Source of the DNA: a bacterium
Lineage (GTDB): Bacteria; Verrucomicrobiota; Kiritimatiellia; RFP12; CAIWXQ01
Assembly: GCA_037129105.1 (NCBI GenBank)
Contig: JBAXVM010000001.1
Coordinates: 1 to 51,703, forward strand
DNA length: 51,703 bases
Direction: 5' to 3'
Below are positions 8,746 through 17,777 of this stretch, piece by piece. The position numbers were made by a program, and so were the translations under genes. Numbering within the stretch: the stretch's first letter is position 1; every line of letters starts with the position of its first letter. Under the pieces are notes generated by a model, which ran no database searches, was not told where the DNA came from, and saw only the letters and a list, made by a program, of their open reading frames with translations.

Positions 8746-10368
8746 ATGCGTATTTGCATTCTCCACCAAGCTGTTCCGGCCGATGCCTCGCCCGACGAAC
8801 AGGACGTACTGCAGCAGGTTGATGCGGTTGGACAGGCCTTGATACGGCTCGGACACCGCGTGGAAGCACATGCCTGCACGCTGAACCTCGCGGCACTCGA
8901 CGCCGCACTCCACACGGCCCAGCCCGATCTGGTTTTCAACCTGGTCGAAGCCGTGGCCGGTGCCGGCCGCCTGCTCTATCTGCCGCCGGCCATGCTCGAT
9001 GCCACCCGGCGACCCTATACCGGCAGCTCCGCGGAAGCTCTTTTTATCACATCTCACAAGATCCTGGCCAAGGAGCGACTGCGCGAGGCGGATCTGCCCA
9101 CGCCCATGTGGATGGGCACCGGAGCGCACGATCCACGCACCCGTGGACCGGAATCGAAAGACGGCCGCCACGCCACAGTCGAGGGAAGCCTGCGGACCTG
9201 GCTGGTGAAGTCGGTCTGGGAGCACGCCTCGCTTGGCATGGACGACTCCTGTCTGCTCCGGAGCGTCACACCAGCCCTGGTCGCCAGCCGTCTATCCTCC
9301 TTTTCCAAGCGCATGGGGGGCGAGTGCTTCGCGGAAGAGTTTGTCAACGGTCGCGAATTCAACATCGGCTTGCTGGCCGGCCCCAATGGCCCGGAGGTGC
9401 TGCCACCCGCCGAAATTGTTTTCTCCGACTTTCCGGACGACAAACCCCGCATTGTGGGCTATCGCGCCAAGTGGGAAACGGATTCCTTTGAATACCAGCA
9501 TACCACGCGCTCTTTTGCGCTTGCAGCCACCGATGCCCCGCTGGTCGATGAAATGAAACGACTGGCGCTCCGGTGCTGGGATGTGTTCGGGCTGGCCGGT
9601 TATGCGCGCGTCGATTTTCGCGTGGATGCCAAAGGGGCCCCTTGGATTCTCGAGGTCAATGCCAATCCATGCATCTCTCCGGATTCAGGCTTTGCCGCCA
9701 TGGTGACACAGGCCGGGCTGACGTTTGAGCAAGCCGTTGAGCGCATCCTGGCCGATGCGCTTGCCAACTGCAACCGCTTCCGAACCCCACCCGCCGTTTC
9801 CCAACGCAAGGTGGCGCCTGCTTCCGCTACACAGTTGACCGGCGCCGCATCCAGCGACCTTGATGATCCATCGCCCCGTACACCTGCCACGCCATTCCTG
9901 ATACGTCACGAACTCAACACCTCCGACCGGGACGCCATCGATGCCCTGACGCGGACAACCGGATTTTTCCATGATGGGGAGATCGCGATCGCGCTGGAGT
10001 TGATTGATGAACGATTGAACAAAGGACCGACGTCTGGCTACGAATTCGTCATCGCAGAATTGCATGGACGTGTGGCCGGTTACACGTGCTTTGGCTCGAT
10101 ACCTTGCACCACTGCAAGTTACGATCTGTACTGGATCGCGGTGCATCCCGAAGTCCAGGGCAAAGGACTAGGGCGGTTATTACTTGCGGAGACCGAGCGA
10201 CGTATCCGTGAAATGGGTGGCACGCGACTCTATGCCGAAACTTCCAGCCGGCCGCAATACCTCAGCACGCGCGCCTTTTACGAACGCACCGGCTACAAAT
10301 TAGCCGAAATACTGGAAGATTTCTATGCGCCGGGAGACGGTCGAGCCACGTATTTGAAAGTCCTCTGA
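8746..10368 (+). CDS. fusion protein: D-Ala-D-Ala-ligase-like ATP-grasp domain plus C-terminal GNAT acetyltransferase
   Basis: Start at MRICILHQ (the ORF extends to 8671). ATP-grasp features are FAEEFVNGREFNIGLL and GYARVDFRVD...ILEVNANPC. A Pro/Ala-rich linker follows. The GNAT core is IAVHPEVQGKGLGRLLL...AFYERTGY. Confidence 0.7.
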   Translation: MRICILHQAVPADASPDEQDVLQQVDAVGQALIRLGHRVEAHACTLNLAALDAALHTAQPDLVFNLVEAVAGAGRLLYLPPAMLDATRRPYTGSSAEALFITSHKILAKERLREADLPTPMWMGTGAHDPRTRGPESKDGRHATVEGSLRTWLVKSVWEHASLGMDDSCLLRSVTPALVASRLSSFSKRMGGECFAEEFVNGREFNIGLLAGPNGPEVLPPAEIVFSDFPDDKPRIVGYRAKWETDSFEYQHTTRSFALAATDAPLVDEMKRLALRCWDVFGLAGYARVDFRVDAKGAPWILEVNANPCISPDSGFAAMVTQAGLTFEQAVERILADALANCNRFRTPPAVSQRKVAPASATQLTGAASSDLDDPSPRTPATPFLIRHELNTSDRDAIDALTRTTGFFHDGEIAIALELIDERLNKGPTSGYEFVIAELHGRVAGYTCFGSIPCTTASYDLYWIAVHPEVQGKGLGRLLLAETERRIREMGGTRLYAETSSRPQYLSTRAFYERTGYKLAEILEDFYAPGDGRATYLKVL

Positions 10369-10462
10369 GCGACAAACCGGATCTGCCCCACGCACATGCA
10401 CCGGCAGGCATGCGAACGCCAGCGGGTGCGCAGCCCCGCTGTACAACGGGGCCCACGTGTGC

Positions 10463-11539
10463 TCAGTTCTCCTGCCAGTCTGCGTCTTTGACCACGCCGG
10501 GACGGGCTTGAAAAAGAGCGCGGATTTCATCCGCACGCAATTCACGATTCCATGCGGCGACTTCGGCCAGCATCCCTTTCAGACAACCGCCCCCTTCATG
10601 ATTTCCGCGCTGGCCCAATGTTCCGCCCACAGCCAGCGAGCGAATCAGCGGAGATGGCCATGTGCCGGAAACCGCCACGGGATCGCCGTTGACATAAAAT
10701 CTCGGCTCGCCGCTTCCGCCATAGGAAATCGCCAGATGATACCAGCGGCGAGGCTGCAGCGTCGCACGGGCATGCCATCCACCGTCGCCGGATTCCAGGG
10801 AGAATTGCCCGGGCATAAACTCATTTAAGGCCATGCGAAATTCGGAACCGCGCGGATTTCCCCCATATCCGAAAGCGTAATACCGTCCGCCTGTGATCGT
10901 GTCCTGACTCACCCAGGCCGCCAGTGTGCGGGCTTCGGACCCAACCGGAAAGCCGGTGGCGGGAAAATCAACGCGTGACTCCGCGCCATCAAATACCAGC
11001 ACGCCACCCATCGCCCGGTTCGCGGCCCACGTGGCACCGAAGCTTCGGCCATCGCATCGCCTATCGCTTCTATCGACAAGAACGCGGCTATCCTCTTTGT
11101 CAAAGACGTAGTGCAGCAAAAGGCCTTCCCGAAGTTGTGGAGCCAACGTACCGGCTTCAGCTTGCACGGACATTTTGGCCAGGTGGGTCCGGTTGATGAC
11201 CACAGGCCCGACGAGAGTCATCAGGCCAAGCGCATCCCAGGCCCACGATCCAGTCAGGCGGTCACCACTGCACAGAAACACTTGATTGGTATTATCCCCG
11301 GCAAAGACCACCCGCGTAATACGATTGAGCGGAAGAAGCATGGTTCCCATGGCGGTCACGAACGGCATTTCGGTCATGCCCGGACGGCCCAGGAGTCGCG
11401 AGCCGTCTGTAAGGTCTACAACTACGACCGGTTGGGGCACACCGGCATCCTTCGGTCCGGCTGTTGCAGTTCCACCCCAGGCCAGCAGCCATCCTGCCAG
11501 CAGAAGACTCAACCCCTGTCGCAGTGCATGCATAACCAA
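10463..11539 (-). CDS. secreted LamG (concanavalin-A-like lectin/glucanase) domain protein
   Basis: Has a signal peptide. The LamG_3-type pattern is RTLAAWV...WYHLAISYGG...FYVNGDPV...GMLAEVAAWNRELRADEIRALF. Confidence 0.7.
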   Translation of the reverse strand: MVMHALRQGLSLLLAGWLLAWGGTATAGPKDAGVPQPVVVVDLTDGSRLLGRPGMTEMPFVTAMGTMLLPLNRITRVVFAGDNTNQVFLCSGDRLTGSWAWDALGLMTLVGPVVINRTHLAKMSVQAEAGTLAPQLREGLLLHYVFDKEDSRVLVDRSDRRCDGRSFGATWAANRAMGGVLVFDGAESRVDFPATGFPVGSEARTLAAWVSQDTITGGRYYAFGYGGNPRGSEFRMALNEFMPGQFSLESGDGGWHARATLQPRRWYHLAISYGGSGEPRFYVNGDPVAVSGTWPSPLIRSLAVGGTLGQRGNHEGGGCLKGMLAEVAAWNRELRADEIRALFQARPGVVKDADWQEN

Positions 11540-11733
11540 TCCCCGCCTTAGTTTGTAGCCTTACAGGATACACCTTGAAGAACATAACGCAGAATGGCTC
11601 GGGTTTGAAGTCAATTCCGAAGGGCGCAAATCTGCATCGGTTGGTGCTTGCTTCCCACTGCACAAAGGGCTAATAATTTGTTGGTGAGTCGCTGTTTCTC
11701 CGGGCATGGCCGAAAAGAAAGGGGCACTGGCAG

Positions 11734-12504
11734 ATGAGCAGCAAGTTGTGCAGAATCATTCCGGTATATTTGTCGTTGTTGTCTCTCGCCGCACTGGGCG
11801 ATCAGGTGACGATGCTGGCCAGTCGGCCCAAGGAGTGCACGTTTCAGGGGGTTACAGGAGGTTCGATCCTCTTCCTGAACGAAAAGGGACGGCTTACAAA
11901 GGAACTTCCCAGCCGCATCTCAAAGATCTCGCTGACCAAACCCGCTCCCGTCACCTACCTCACGGCAGACGGCAAAAAAGAGGAAACAGCCGTACTGAGG
12001 GGGTTTGAAAAACGCGAATACCTGCTGGAAAAAGACGGCAAGGAGATCCGGGTGGCGGCCATGAAAATGAAGTCGCTGGATCTCTTTGTCGCGGCCGAAG
12101 GTGGCAACGGAGGTGGCGTCGGCACCGGGTATCCGATTCCCAAGATCGACGTTGACGCGATACTGGCGGCAACCCCAAACCCAACGGAGGCACAGAAGAA
12201 GACTCTGGCGCGGTTCATAGCCGCCCGGAAGGCTTTCGATGCCTTTCTCGCGGAGAGCTCGGCCCTCGTCGAGAAGATGGACAAAGCGGCTGGCGTGCAG
12301 CGGGAGAACCTGATGAACACACTCCGCCTGCGCAAGAGCAAGGAGCAGCCGCTCAAGTCGGAATTGCAGGATGCGTGCAGTGCGCTGACGGAAGCATTCC
12401 CGGAACCTGCGCGCGGGGATGCGCCAGACGCACAGGCGCAACCCGGCGAAGGGGAAGAGCATCCGGAACGGGAGAAGATCAAGAAGGCCGTGATGGAGTG
12501 GTGA
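11734..12504 (+). CDS. hypothetical secreted protein
   Basis: 256-aa ORF with N-terminal hydrophobic signal-like segment; no recognisable domain. Confidence 0.5.
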   Translation: MSSKLCRIIPVYLSLLSLAALGDQVTMLASRPKECTFQGVTGGSILFLNEKGRLTKELPSRISKISLTKPAPVTYLTADGKKEETAVLRGFEKREYLLEKDGKEIRVAAMKMKSLDLFVAAEGGNGGGVGTGYPIPKIDVDAILAATPNPTEAQKKTLARFIAARKAFDAFLAESSALVEKMDKAAGVQRENLMNTLRLRKSKEQPLKSELQDACSALTEAFPEPARGDAPDAQAQPGEGEEHPEREKIKKAVMEW

Positions 12505-12505
12505 C

Positions 12506-12567
12506 CTGGGAGACTGTCGGACTTAGGCCTTGGATTAGTCCGGAACCTCCTGCCGACAGTCTCCTAG
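12506..12567 (+). repeat. Family-1 hairpin repeat (GAGAC subfamily), forward; 5' CTAG degenerated to CTGG
   Basis: ctgggagactgtcggacttaggcc...ctcctgccgacagtctcctag; begins 2 nt after the TGA of the upstream plus-strand gene. Confidence 0.85.
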
Positions 12568-12688
12568 TTGTGCAACCCGCGGATAGCGGGATGCGAGACC
12601 TCAATAAACGACCAGCATGCCATTCTTTTTTGTCAATTGTTTGCGTCTTATACTGAAATCCGATGCTTGGCGTACGCTTGCCCCATGA
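12568..12688 (+). repeat. Module M: about 120-nt conserved intergenic module, copy 1
   Basis: Roughly 85-90 percent identical (manual alignment) to the reverse complement of 26775-26893. It starts with hairpin GCAACCCGC-GGATA-GCGGGATGC. Confidence 0.75.
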
Positions 12689-12749
12689 CGAGCAGCCTGG
12701 TCGGCCCAAAATCTGTACTGATCCAGCGCTAAGTCCGACAGGCTGCTAG
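12689..12749 (-). repeat. Family-1 hairpin repeat (CAGCC subfamily), reverse; overlaps the last 6 codons and stop of cinA/pncC
   Basis: cgagcagcctggtcggc...ctaagtccgacaggctgctag. Confidence 0.85.
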
Positions 12750-13223
12750 CAACTTCTGCAGCATGGCCTGCGCAGCTTGCGTGCGAATCGCGTCGCGGTC
12801 GCCCTCAAAAAGAAAACGTTCGACGCATTCGCCGCGCGGGCCTGACACGGCAATATATACCAGCCCAACTGGCTTCGCATCCGAACCGCCGCCTGGGCCC
12901 GCAATGCCCGTGACAGCAGCGGCAAGGGTGGCGTGCAATAGACGCCGTGCCCCCTGCGCCATAGCCAGAGCAGTCTCCGTACTCACTGCACCTGCCGCTT
13001 GTAACACATCAGCCGGAACGCAAAGGACCTCGCGCTTGACGTTGTTATGATAGGCAATCACGCCGCCCTGAAAGGCCGCCGAGGCTCCGGCCACGGACGT
13101 TACACGCACGGCCACCAGGCCACCGGTGCAGGACTCTGCCACTGCCAGGGTCCAGCCGAGTTCCGTCAGAAGCTGGACCAGACTGGCTTCCAGGGAGGGG
13201 GGCGCTTCTGAGGAGGCACTCAT
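12729..13223 (-). CDS. pncC: CinA C-terminal-domain protein (nicotinamide-nucleotide amidohydrolase PncC-like)
   Basis: Start taken at MSASSEAPP (the ORF extends to 13373 across the upstream gene). The motif LAVAESCTGGLVAVRVTSVAGASAAFQGGVIAYHNNVK is typical of the CinA family. Confidence 0.8.
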   Translation of the reverse strand: MSASSEAPPSLEASLVQLLTELGWTLAVAESCTGGLVAVRVTSVAGASAAFQGGVIAYHNNVKREVLCVPADVLQAAGAVSTETALAMAQGARRLLHATLAAAVTGIAGPGGGSDAKPVGLVYIAVSGPRGECVERFLFEGDRDAIRTQAAQAMLQKLLAACRT

Positions 13224-13240
13224 ATATTGCGGGCCATGCG

Positions 13241-13633
13241 TCAGGCCGCACGGCCAAAGAACTGCTTGCACTCCGGCTTGAGCCAGAAGATGAGCAGCGG
13301 GATGGTTGCCGGCAGGCAGCAGCAGCTGGTCATGCCAAGGCAGATCAGCACCAGGTGATAGATCCAAACCCAAGGGCGCTTGGGAAGAAACGGCGCAACC
13401 GCAAAGGGCAGGAACAAAATGGCGCCCATCAGAAAACAGATACCGCCCTGAACCTTCAACTCCGTAGAATCCATTTCAAGCCAGGAGGGATCAATCAACA
13501 GAAATACAATTCCCAGAATGGAAACCACGGCATACATCACGGCCATGGCTGCCGCGTAAACAATATACCAGTTCCACACCGCCGGCTTTTGTGCAGCACC
13601 TGGCATAGCACCGTTCTGACTCAACGTTTCCAT
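13241..13633 (-). CDS. hypothetical integral membrane protein (about 4 TM segments)
   Basis: 130-aa ORF dominated by hydrophobic helices. Confidence 0.5.
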   Translation of the reverse strand: METLSQNGAMPGAAQKPAVWNWYIVYAAAMAVMYAVVSILGIVFLLIDPSWLEMDSTELKVQGGICFLMGAILFLPFAVAPFLPKRPWVWIYHLVLICLGMTSCCCLPATIPLLIFWLKPECKQFFGRAA

Positions 13634-13664
13634 ACTGCTTTTCCGTTTCGATCACGGTCGGTCA

Positions 13665-14717
13665 TCATGACGCCGACTGCTTTTCCAGCGCCGCAAGGCG
13701 CGCTTCGAGTTCAGCCAGGCGCGTCTTCAGCTTTGCAACTGCGCGCGGCGTAGCCATCCCGACGACAAACTCCTTTTTCGGCACAGCGGGCGATCCCAGC
13801 ACAAACTCGCCCGGGGCGACATCCTTGCTGATGCCGGCCTGCGGACCGATTTGAGCACGGTCGCCAACCGTAAGATGCCCGGCGATGCCCGCCTGCGACC
13901 AGATCATCACACCGGATCCGATCTGCGCGCTGCCGGCAATGCCGACCTGTCCGCAAATACCGGTACAATCACCGATCTGCACATTGTGGGCAATCTGCAC
14001 CAGGTTATCGATCTTCACATGGTTTCCGATGCGTGTGCGGCCGAATCGGGCGCGATCAACAGCCGTGTTCGCGCCAATCTCGACGTCGTTTCCAATCTCG
14101 ACAATGCCAACCTGCGGAATCTTGACAACCACGGGGCGGCCATCGCGAAATTCAACGTTGTACCCGTAACCGTCGCTCCCCACAACCGCGCCGCAATGGG
14201 CGATAAAACGCTCGCCGATGCGGCATTCCTCGCGCAGGCTGACCTGTGGATACAGGTGGCTGTCCGCGCCGAGCATGACGTTACGACCGACAAAGCACTG
14301 CGTCTCAATAACCGAGCGGTCGCCGATGCAGGCGCCGTCCTCGATCACCGTAAACGCGCCGACATGCACGTCGCGGCCCAGTCTAACCGATGACGCTATC
14401 ACCGCCGTGGCATGTACGCCGGGTGTTCGCACCACGGGTTCTGGCGCGAACAGTGCCGTAAGATCGGCAAAGGCCTTGTCCGGGTTATCCACGCGGATCA
14501 GCGCCGGACAGCTCCGTGCGCCATTCCAGGCGCGACTGACCACCACTGCCGTCGCAGCCGTCTGTGCCATCAGGTGTTCATAACGCGGGTTGGCCAGAAA
14601 GGAAATGTCGCCGGCACACGCCTCGGCCAGCGCAGACAGCGCGCAGACCTCCGCGTCGCCCGCGCCTTCCACGGTGCCATTGACTCTCGCGGCAAGGCTG
14701 GTTACGGTCCAGTTCAT
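13665..14717 (-). CDS. lpxD: UDP-3-O-acylglucosamine N-acyltransferase
   Basis: 350 aa with left-handed beta-helix hexapeptide repeats, an LpxD-type N-terminus, a C-terminal coiled coil, and the skp-lpxD context. Confidence 0.9.
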   Translation of the reverse strand: MNWTVTSLAARVNGTVEGAGDAEVCALSALAEACAGDISFLANPRYEHLMAQTAATAVVVSRAWNGARSCPALIRVDNPDKAFADLTALFAPEPVVRTPGVHATAVIASSVRLGRDVHVGAFTVIEDGACIGDRSVIETQCFVGRNVMLGADSHLYPQVSLREECRIGERFIAHCGAVVGSDGYGYNVEFRDGRPVVVKIPQVGIVEIGNDVEIGANTAVDRARFGRTRIGNHVKIDNLVQIAHNVQIGDCTGICGQVGIAGSAQIGSGVMIWSQAGIAGHLTVGDRAQIGPQAGISKDVAPGEFVLGSPAVPKKEFVVGMATPRAVAKLKTRLAELEARLAALEKQSAS

Positions 14718-15328
14718 TTGGGTGTCGCCGGGGCGGGTGCGTCCTTGACCTTCACCGGAATCGGCTTCGTGATTTCTTCTGTAACCCTGGGCGCCGGTTG
14801 CACGTTCAGCTGCTTCAGGATGGCATCGGTGATGTTCATTGATTTCTCATTATAAACCGTGGCTTCTGCAAAGAGCACCAGCGTGATCTTCTTATCCTCG
14901 GCATACTTACCGATTACTTCGCGAAGCTCGCCGACGGTCTTTTTTCGCATGCGCATCTGCATGTCGTTAAACTGCTCCTGCCGCGACTGCATCTTTTCGC
15001 GCGCTGTGCGATCCGACGCAATCAACGCCTCGCGCGCCTTGCCGGCGCGCTCCTCGGCCGTCTTGCGCGCCTTTTCGCTCAGCGCGGGATCCAGCGCCTC
15101 TTTGCGAATTTTCTCGAAATCCTCCTGCATCGCTTCCAGTTTCTGGCGCAGGTCATCGTTCTCTACGCGGAAATCCTTCAGCGTCTGCTCCAGCAGCTTC
15201 TTGTCCGAGATCGTGTTGGGGTGCGACTTTACCAGTTCCTCCATGTCCACCACCGCCACGCTCTGCCCGCGTGCAGCCATCGCCACACACAGGCACACAC
15301 AGGCCATCAACATACTGCTCTGCTTCAT
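14714..15328 (-). CDS. skp: OmpH/Skp periplasmic chaperone
   Basis: 204 aa with a signal peptide and a Lys/Glu-rich coiled coil, located between bamA and lpxD; 4-nt overlap with lpxD. Confidence 0.8.
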   Translation of the reverse strand: MKQSSMLMACVCLCVAMAARGQSVAVVDMEELVKSHPNTISDKKLLEQTLKDFRVENDDLRQKLEAMQEDFEKIRKEALDPALSEKARKTAEERAGKAREALIASDRTAREKMQSRQEQFNDMQMRMRKKTVGELREVIGKYAEDKKITLVLFAEATVYNEKSMNITDAILKQLNVQPAPRVTEEITKPIPVKVKDAPAPATPK

Positions 15329-15371
15329 GCTACTTTCCTTTGTTGCTTGGGTTGACAGTTACCAGATCATC

Positions 15372-17759
15372 CTATTCAAAACCGATCCAGAAAACGAAGC
15401 TTTCCGTGCGCGTCAAGTCGTCATCCGTGCGCCGTGGCACAGCATAATCGATCCGGATCGGAAACCCCGGAATGTCGATGCGCAGCCCGGCGCCGTAGGT
15501 CCAGCAGTAGTCTTTAGTCAAGCTGGTGAAATCATATTCCGCGGGCTTAAGGTTGCCAATATCGGTGAACAGGGCAAACCGAACAGCATCAAAAACCGGG
15601 ATGTTATACTCGAGTGACACCAGCCCGAGCGTTGCGCCGCCAACCGGGTGCTGCTCTGTGGGGGGTAGCGAGGCATCCACAACCTTCGGCCCGGCATCGC
15701 GGTAGCGGATGCCGCGAACGGTACGCCCGCCGCCCAAGAACAGGCGGTCGTAGATCGGCACCGGCTCGTTGCCATAAGCACTCACGGTCTCGATGCGACT
15801 GCGCAAGCTGAGCACGTGATGCATCCACGGGTTAAACCAGTGCTTGTAGGAACCGCCCAGGCGAAAGACGTCGCTGTCGCCGCCCAGCACGCTGCCGGCC
15901 ACCTCGCCGAAGATGTCGGCCGAAGTTCCACGCGTGGGGACAAAGACCTGATCGCGCGTATCGTACTCCCACGACGCTTGCAACGCACTGTTGATCGCGG
16001 AATCGGGCTCGTCCGAGAACCGGTAAGAAACGAGCGGATCATCGTAGCGCCAGTAGGTATTGGTCGACAAGTTGCGCAGATCGATCTTCTCGAGCGTGTA
16101 CCGCAAGCCGAAAGCGCCGAACGGCACCCCGGCAAACTTGACCGGGTACTTGATCCCCACATCACCGCCGAGGTTCTTCTGGGAGTATTCATCGTAATCG
16201 CGTGTCCGATAGAAAAGGTCCACCGACAGCGCCATGGGCTTATCGCGGAACCAGGGCTCTGTCCAGCCCAGCTCGTAAGACTGATGGCTGGCACCGATCT
16301 CCAGCGAAGCACGGGCCTTCTGGCCACCACCGGTGAAGTCCGGCCAGTTCAGAATGTCAAAATTTCCCTGCTGCATCTGGACGTAACCAACCAGTTTGTC
16401 GACGCTGGAGAATCCGCCGCCGATCATGAAGCTGCCCGTGCGTGTCTCCTTCACGTCGAAGATGAGATCGCGGGAGTCGGGGGCTTCGCCCGGTTGATTG
16501 GCCGGGATTGAGTGGCGCACCTGATCCTTGTCAAAGATGTTGAGGTTCTTGATGCGATTCTCGTTCTGCTCGATCTTAACCCCATCCATGGTGTCGAGGG
16601 GGTTGAGCTGGATCTCGCGGCGGATCACCTTATCCTTGGTGCGTTCATTACCGCGAATGATAATCTGGCGAACCTTGACCAGAATGCCTTCTTGCACATC
16701 GAAGACAATCGTGGCCCGGGAGGTGTTGGCTGCATCGTTGGCCTTGGCGCTGACGCCGACCGCAGTGTCGATATAGCCACGCGAAGTGTAGTAATCCCGC
16801 ACGGCCTTGGCGGCCGCGGAAATATCCTGACTGGATGCCGTCGCGCCCGGCTTCAGCGTCGTGATATTCTTGCGAACGGCCGCTTCCGGGAAGAGATTGA
16901 CCCCGGTCAAAACCACGCCGGCAATCGTATAGCGCACCCCCTCCTCCACCGAGAACTGCACCGTCGCCCGCTTGGGGTCATCCTTCAGCGGCACAAAGCG
17001 CGCGTCGCTGATCTTCACATCGAGGTAGCCAGCATTTCGATAAACATCCACGGCCTGCTGGCGTGCCTTCGCCAACTGGTCCTCGCTATACGGTGACGTG
17101 GAGAACCAACCGCGCGGGTTCCACCAGGCGTATTCGCCGAACGTCGCGCGCAACTCTTTGTCCGAAAAATTCTGGTTCCCCTCGAACACATACATATCCG
17201 GCTTCAGGCGCGCCCCTTCTTCCACCTTGATATGCACACGGACAAGTCCCTTGCGCTGGTTGGGTGCTTCCACCGGCGTCAGCGTGGCCGTGATCACAGT
17301 CTGCGGAAAGTAGCGCGTGAGGTATTCGCTGCGAACCTTGTTACACTGGGTCTTCAGGATCGCCTGATCAACGGCGGAACCCTCCGGCAACGCCAGCCAC
17401 GTCTCGACCTTGCTGCGGCTGAAGTAGTCGACGCCCGTGATTTCCAGCTCGCCGAAAACCGTCGGACGCCGTTCGATTGTATATACGACGCGAATGCCGT
17501 CCACCAATGACTCGATAGACGTGCTCGCAGCCGAATAGCGCTTCGTCGCGAGGAGCGCCGTCACGTCTTTATTCAGGCTGGCCTGGGTGACCGTATCGCC
17601 GACCTTGGCCCGGATCACGGCGCGCACATCGCCATCGTCGGCCGTAAACCCATCCAGTGATTTAATTTGGATGTCGCGAATACTCTCGCCCGCCGCCTGG
17701 GCAAACCCGGCCAGCAGGATAATCAGCCATGCGCTGTGCATGATGGTACGTGCGAACAT
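15372..17759 (-). CDS. bamA: outer membrane protein assembly factor BamA
   Basis: 795 aa with a signal peptide, POTRA-like repeats, a C-terminal beta-barrel ending in ...FVFWIGFE, and the conserved bamA-skp-lpxD order. Confidence 0.9.
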   Translation of the reverse strand: MFARTIMHSAWLIILLAGFAQAAGESIRDIQIKSLDGFTADDGDVRAVIRAKVGDTVTQASLNKDVTALLATKRYSAASTSIESLVDGIRVVYTIERRPTVFGELEITGVDYFSRSKVETWLALPEGSAVDQAILKTQCNKVRSEYLTRYFPQTVITATLTPVEAPNQRKGLVRVHIKVEEGARLKPDMYVFEGNQNFSDKELRATFGEYAWWNPRGWFSTSPYSEDQLAKARQQAVDVYRNAGYLDVKISDARFVPLKDDPKRATVQFSVEEGVRYTIAGVVLTGVNLFPEAAVRKNITTLKPGATASSQDISAAAKAVRDYYTSRGYIDTAVGVSAKANDAANTSRATIVFDVQEGILVKVRQIIIRGNERTKDKVIRREIQLNPLDTMDGVKIEQNENRIKNLNIFDKDQVRHSIPANQPGEAPDSRDLIFDVKETRTGSFMIGGGFSSVDKLVGYVQMQQGNFDILNWPDFTGGGQKARASLEIGASHQSYELGWTEPWFRDKPMALSVDLFYRTRDYDEYSQKNLGGDVGIKYPVKFAGVPFGAFGLRYTLEKIDLRNLSTNTYWRYDDPLVSYRFSDEPDSAINSALQASWEYDTRDQVFVPTRGTSADIFGEVAGSVLGGDSDVFRLGGSYKHWFNPWMHHVLSLRSRIETVSAYGNEPVPIYDRLFLGGGRTVRGIRYRDAGPKVVDASLPPTEQHPVGGATLGLVSLEYNIPVFDAVRFALFTDIGNLKPAEYDFTSLTKDYCWTYGAGLRIDIPGFPIRIDYAVPRRTDDDLTRTESFVFWIGFE

Positions 17760-17777
17760 TGAATACTCTCCCTTTGT

